Below, piece by piece: positions 63,250-64,000 of a DNA stretch of 64,000 bases; the stretch's first letter is position 1, and each line of letters starts with the position of its first letter. Source of the stretch: Zootoca vivipara. Taxonomy: Eukaryota. The position numbers were made by a program, and so were the translations under genes. The DNA lies in assembly GCF_963506605.1 (NCBI RefSeq), contig NC_083288.1, forward strand, positions 19,840,001-19,904,000. The letters run 5' to 3'. The notes under the pieces are model-generated. The model was not told the origin of the DNA. It made no database searches and saw only the letters and a list, made by a program, of their open reading frames with translations.

Positions 63250-63900
63250 TCAAATTAGCCGGTCCTTCAGGATCTCTGATTGGCTGCGCCTTCCAACTGT
63301 GACCAGCGAGGGAACAGAAGGGGAGAGAGAGGCAGCGGCAGTTCGTCCTCGAGGCTAAAGTTTATGCAGCGGGGATGAACCGTAGGAAATGTTGGAACCG
63401 AAAGTACGCATGTGCAAGATTGGGGAAATCGCTGCATTAAAGAGGACGCCTGGCCGGGAGGGGAGCGGGGAGGGGACGATGGAATCCCGCGCGCAGGCGC
63501 CCTTGTGCTAGGCCGCAGCCGCCAAGCCGTCCCCATGACAACTAAATTTCCGCCCTGCTTTTTTTCATTCCACATCGCCATTTCCGATTTGTTGTCACCC
63601 CAAGGATGTAGTTTAGGCCAATGAGAAAGCAGTACGCTTTGGGGGCTGGGCTTTTTTGTTTTTGGCCAAATGGAATCCAGTTTCGGATCCAGTTCCAGCC
63701 AATTACGCAAGATGAGGCGGAGCAAAGGAAGAGCGAGGTTTGTCTGTAGGCACAGGTTGGTTGAGAGCAATTCGGGGAAAGGGAGGGCGAAGGGCGGTTG
63801 GGCGGGGGCAGTAGAATGAAGAGCAAAGGCAGCAATAGGGCTGGAGGCCACGCCCTCCACCGAAACCAAGCCCCGCCTTCTCCATGGCAAAAAAGCGAGA
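63250..63900. promoter_or_regulatory. CpG-rich promoter with RFX X-box and CCAAT boxes; the gene probably extends right of the window
   Basis: X-box GTCCCCATGACAAC 63529-63542; CCAAT/ATTGG near 63279, 63618 and 63699; GC box near 63801. Confidence 0.65.
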
Positions 63901-64000
63901 GGCGCTTGGCTTCTGTAATGGAAGCTGCAGTGGTTGCTTTGCAGGTGTGGCAGCCTTGTGCTCTGTAGAAACCCTCCTCAGCTGTGGCTGACTGAAAAAC

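Noticed and set aside
63267-63890. 207-aa minus-strand ORF
   Set aside because: No recognisable homology; lies over a GC-rich promoter.

Overview
Vertebrate genomic DNA from a squamate reptile (many Sauria SINEs; a lacertid lizard is plausible but not provable here). The window matches the UBE2Z-ATP5MC1-CALCOCO2 block of human 17q21.32. It holds UBE2Z exon 1 (minus), the complete ATP5MC1 gene (minus, 4 coding exons, 135 aa) and the complete CALCOCO2/NDP52 gene (plus, 12 coding exons, 489 aa). ATP5MC1 and CALCOCO2 sit head-to-head on one CpG island carrying CLEAR-type E-boxes. Downstream of CALCOCO2 is a head-to-tail tandem duplication (50378-53842 and 53843-58487). Each unit carries an intact, intronless 189-aa ARF-family GTPase gene (ARL14/ARL11-like) with its own TATA and CCAAT promoter; this pair is the best candidate for an undescribed system. 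The window ends in a CpG-rich promoter with an RFX X-box, possibly TTLL6 by synteny. Other notable items are an orphan CpG-island promoter near 5.2-5.7 kb, an intronic AP-1/ARE/MARE cluster, an antisense C2H2 zinc-finger pseudogene fragment, telomeric repeats written into a hAT transposon, a SINE with a 68-bp target-site duplication and a recurrent SINE truncation point. All calls were made by eye; comparisons to human genes are from memory, not database searches.
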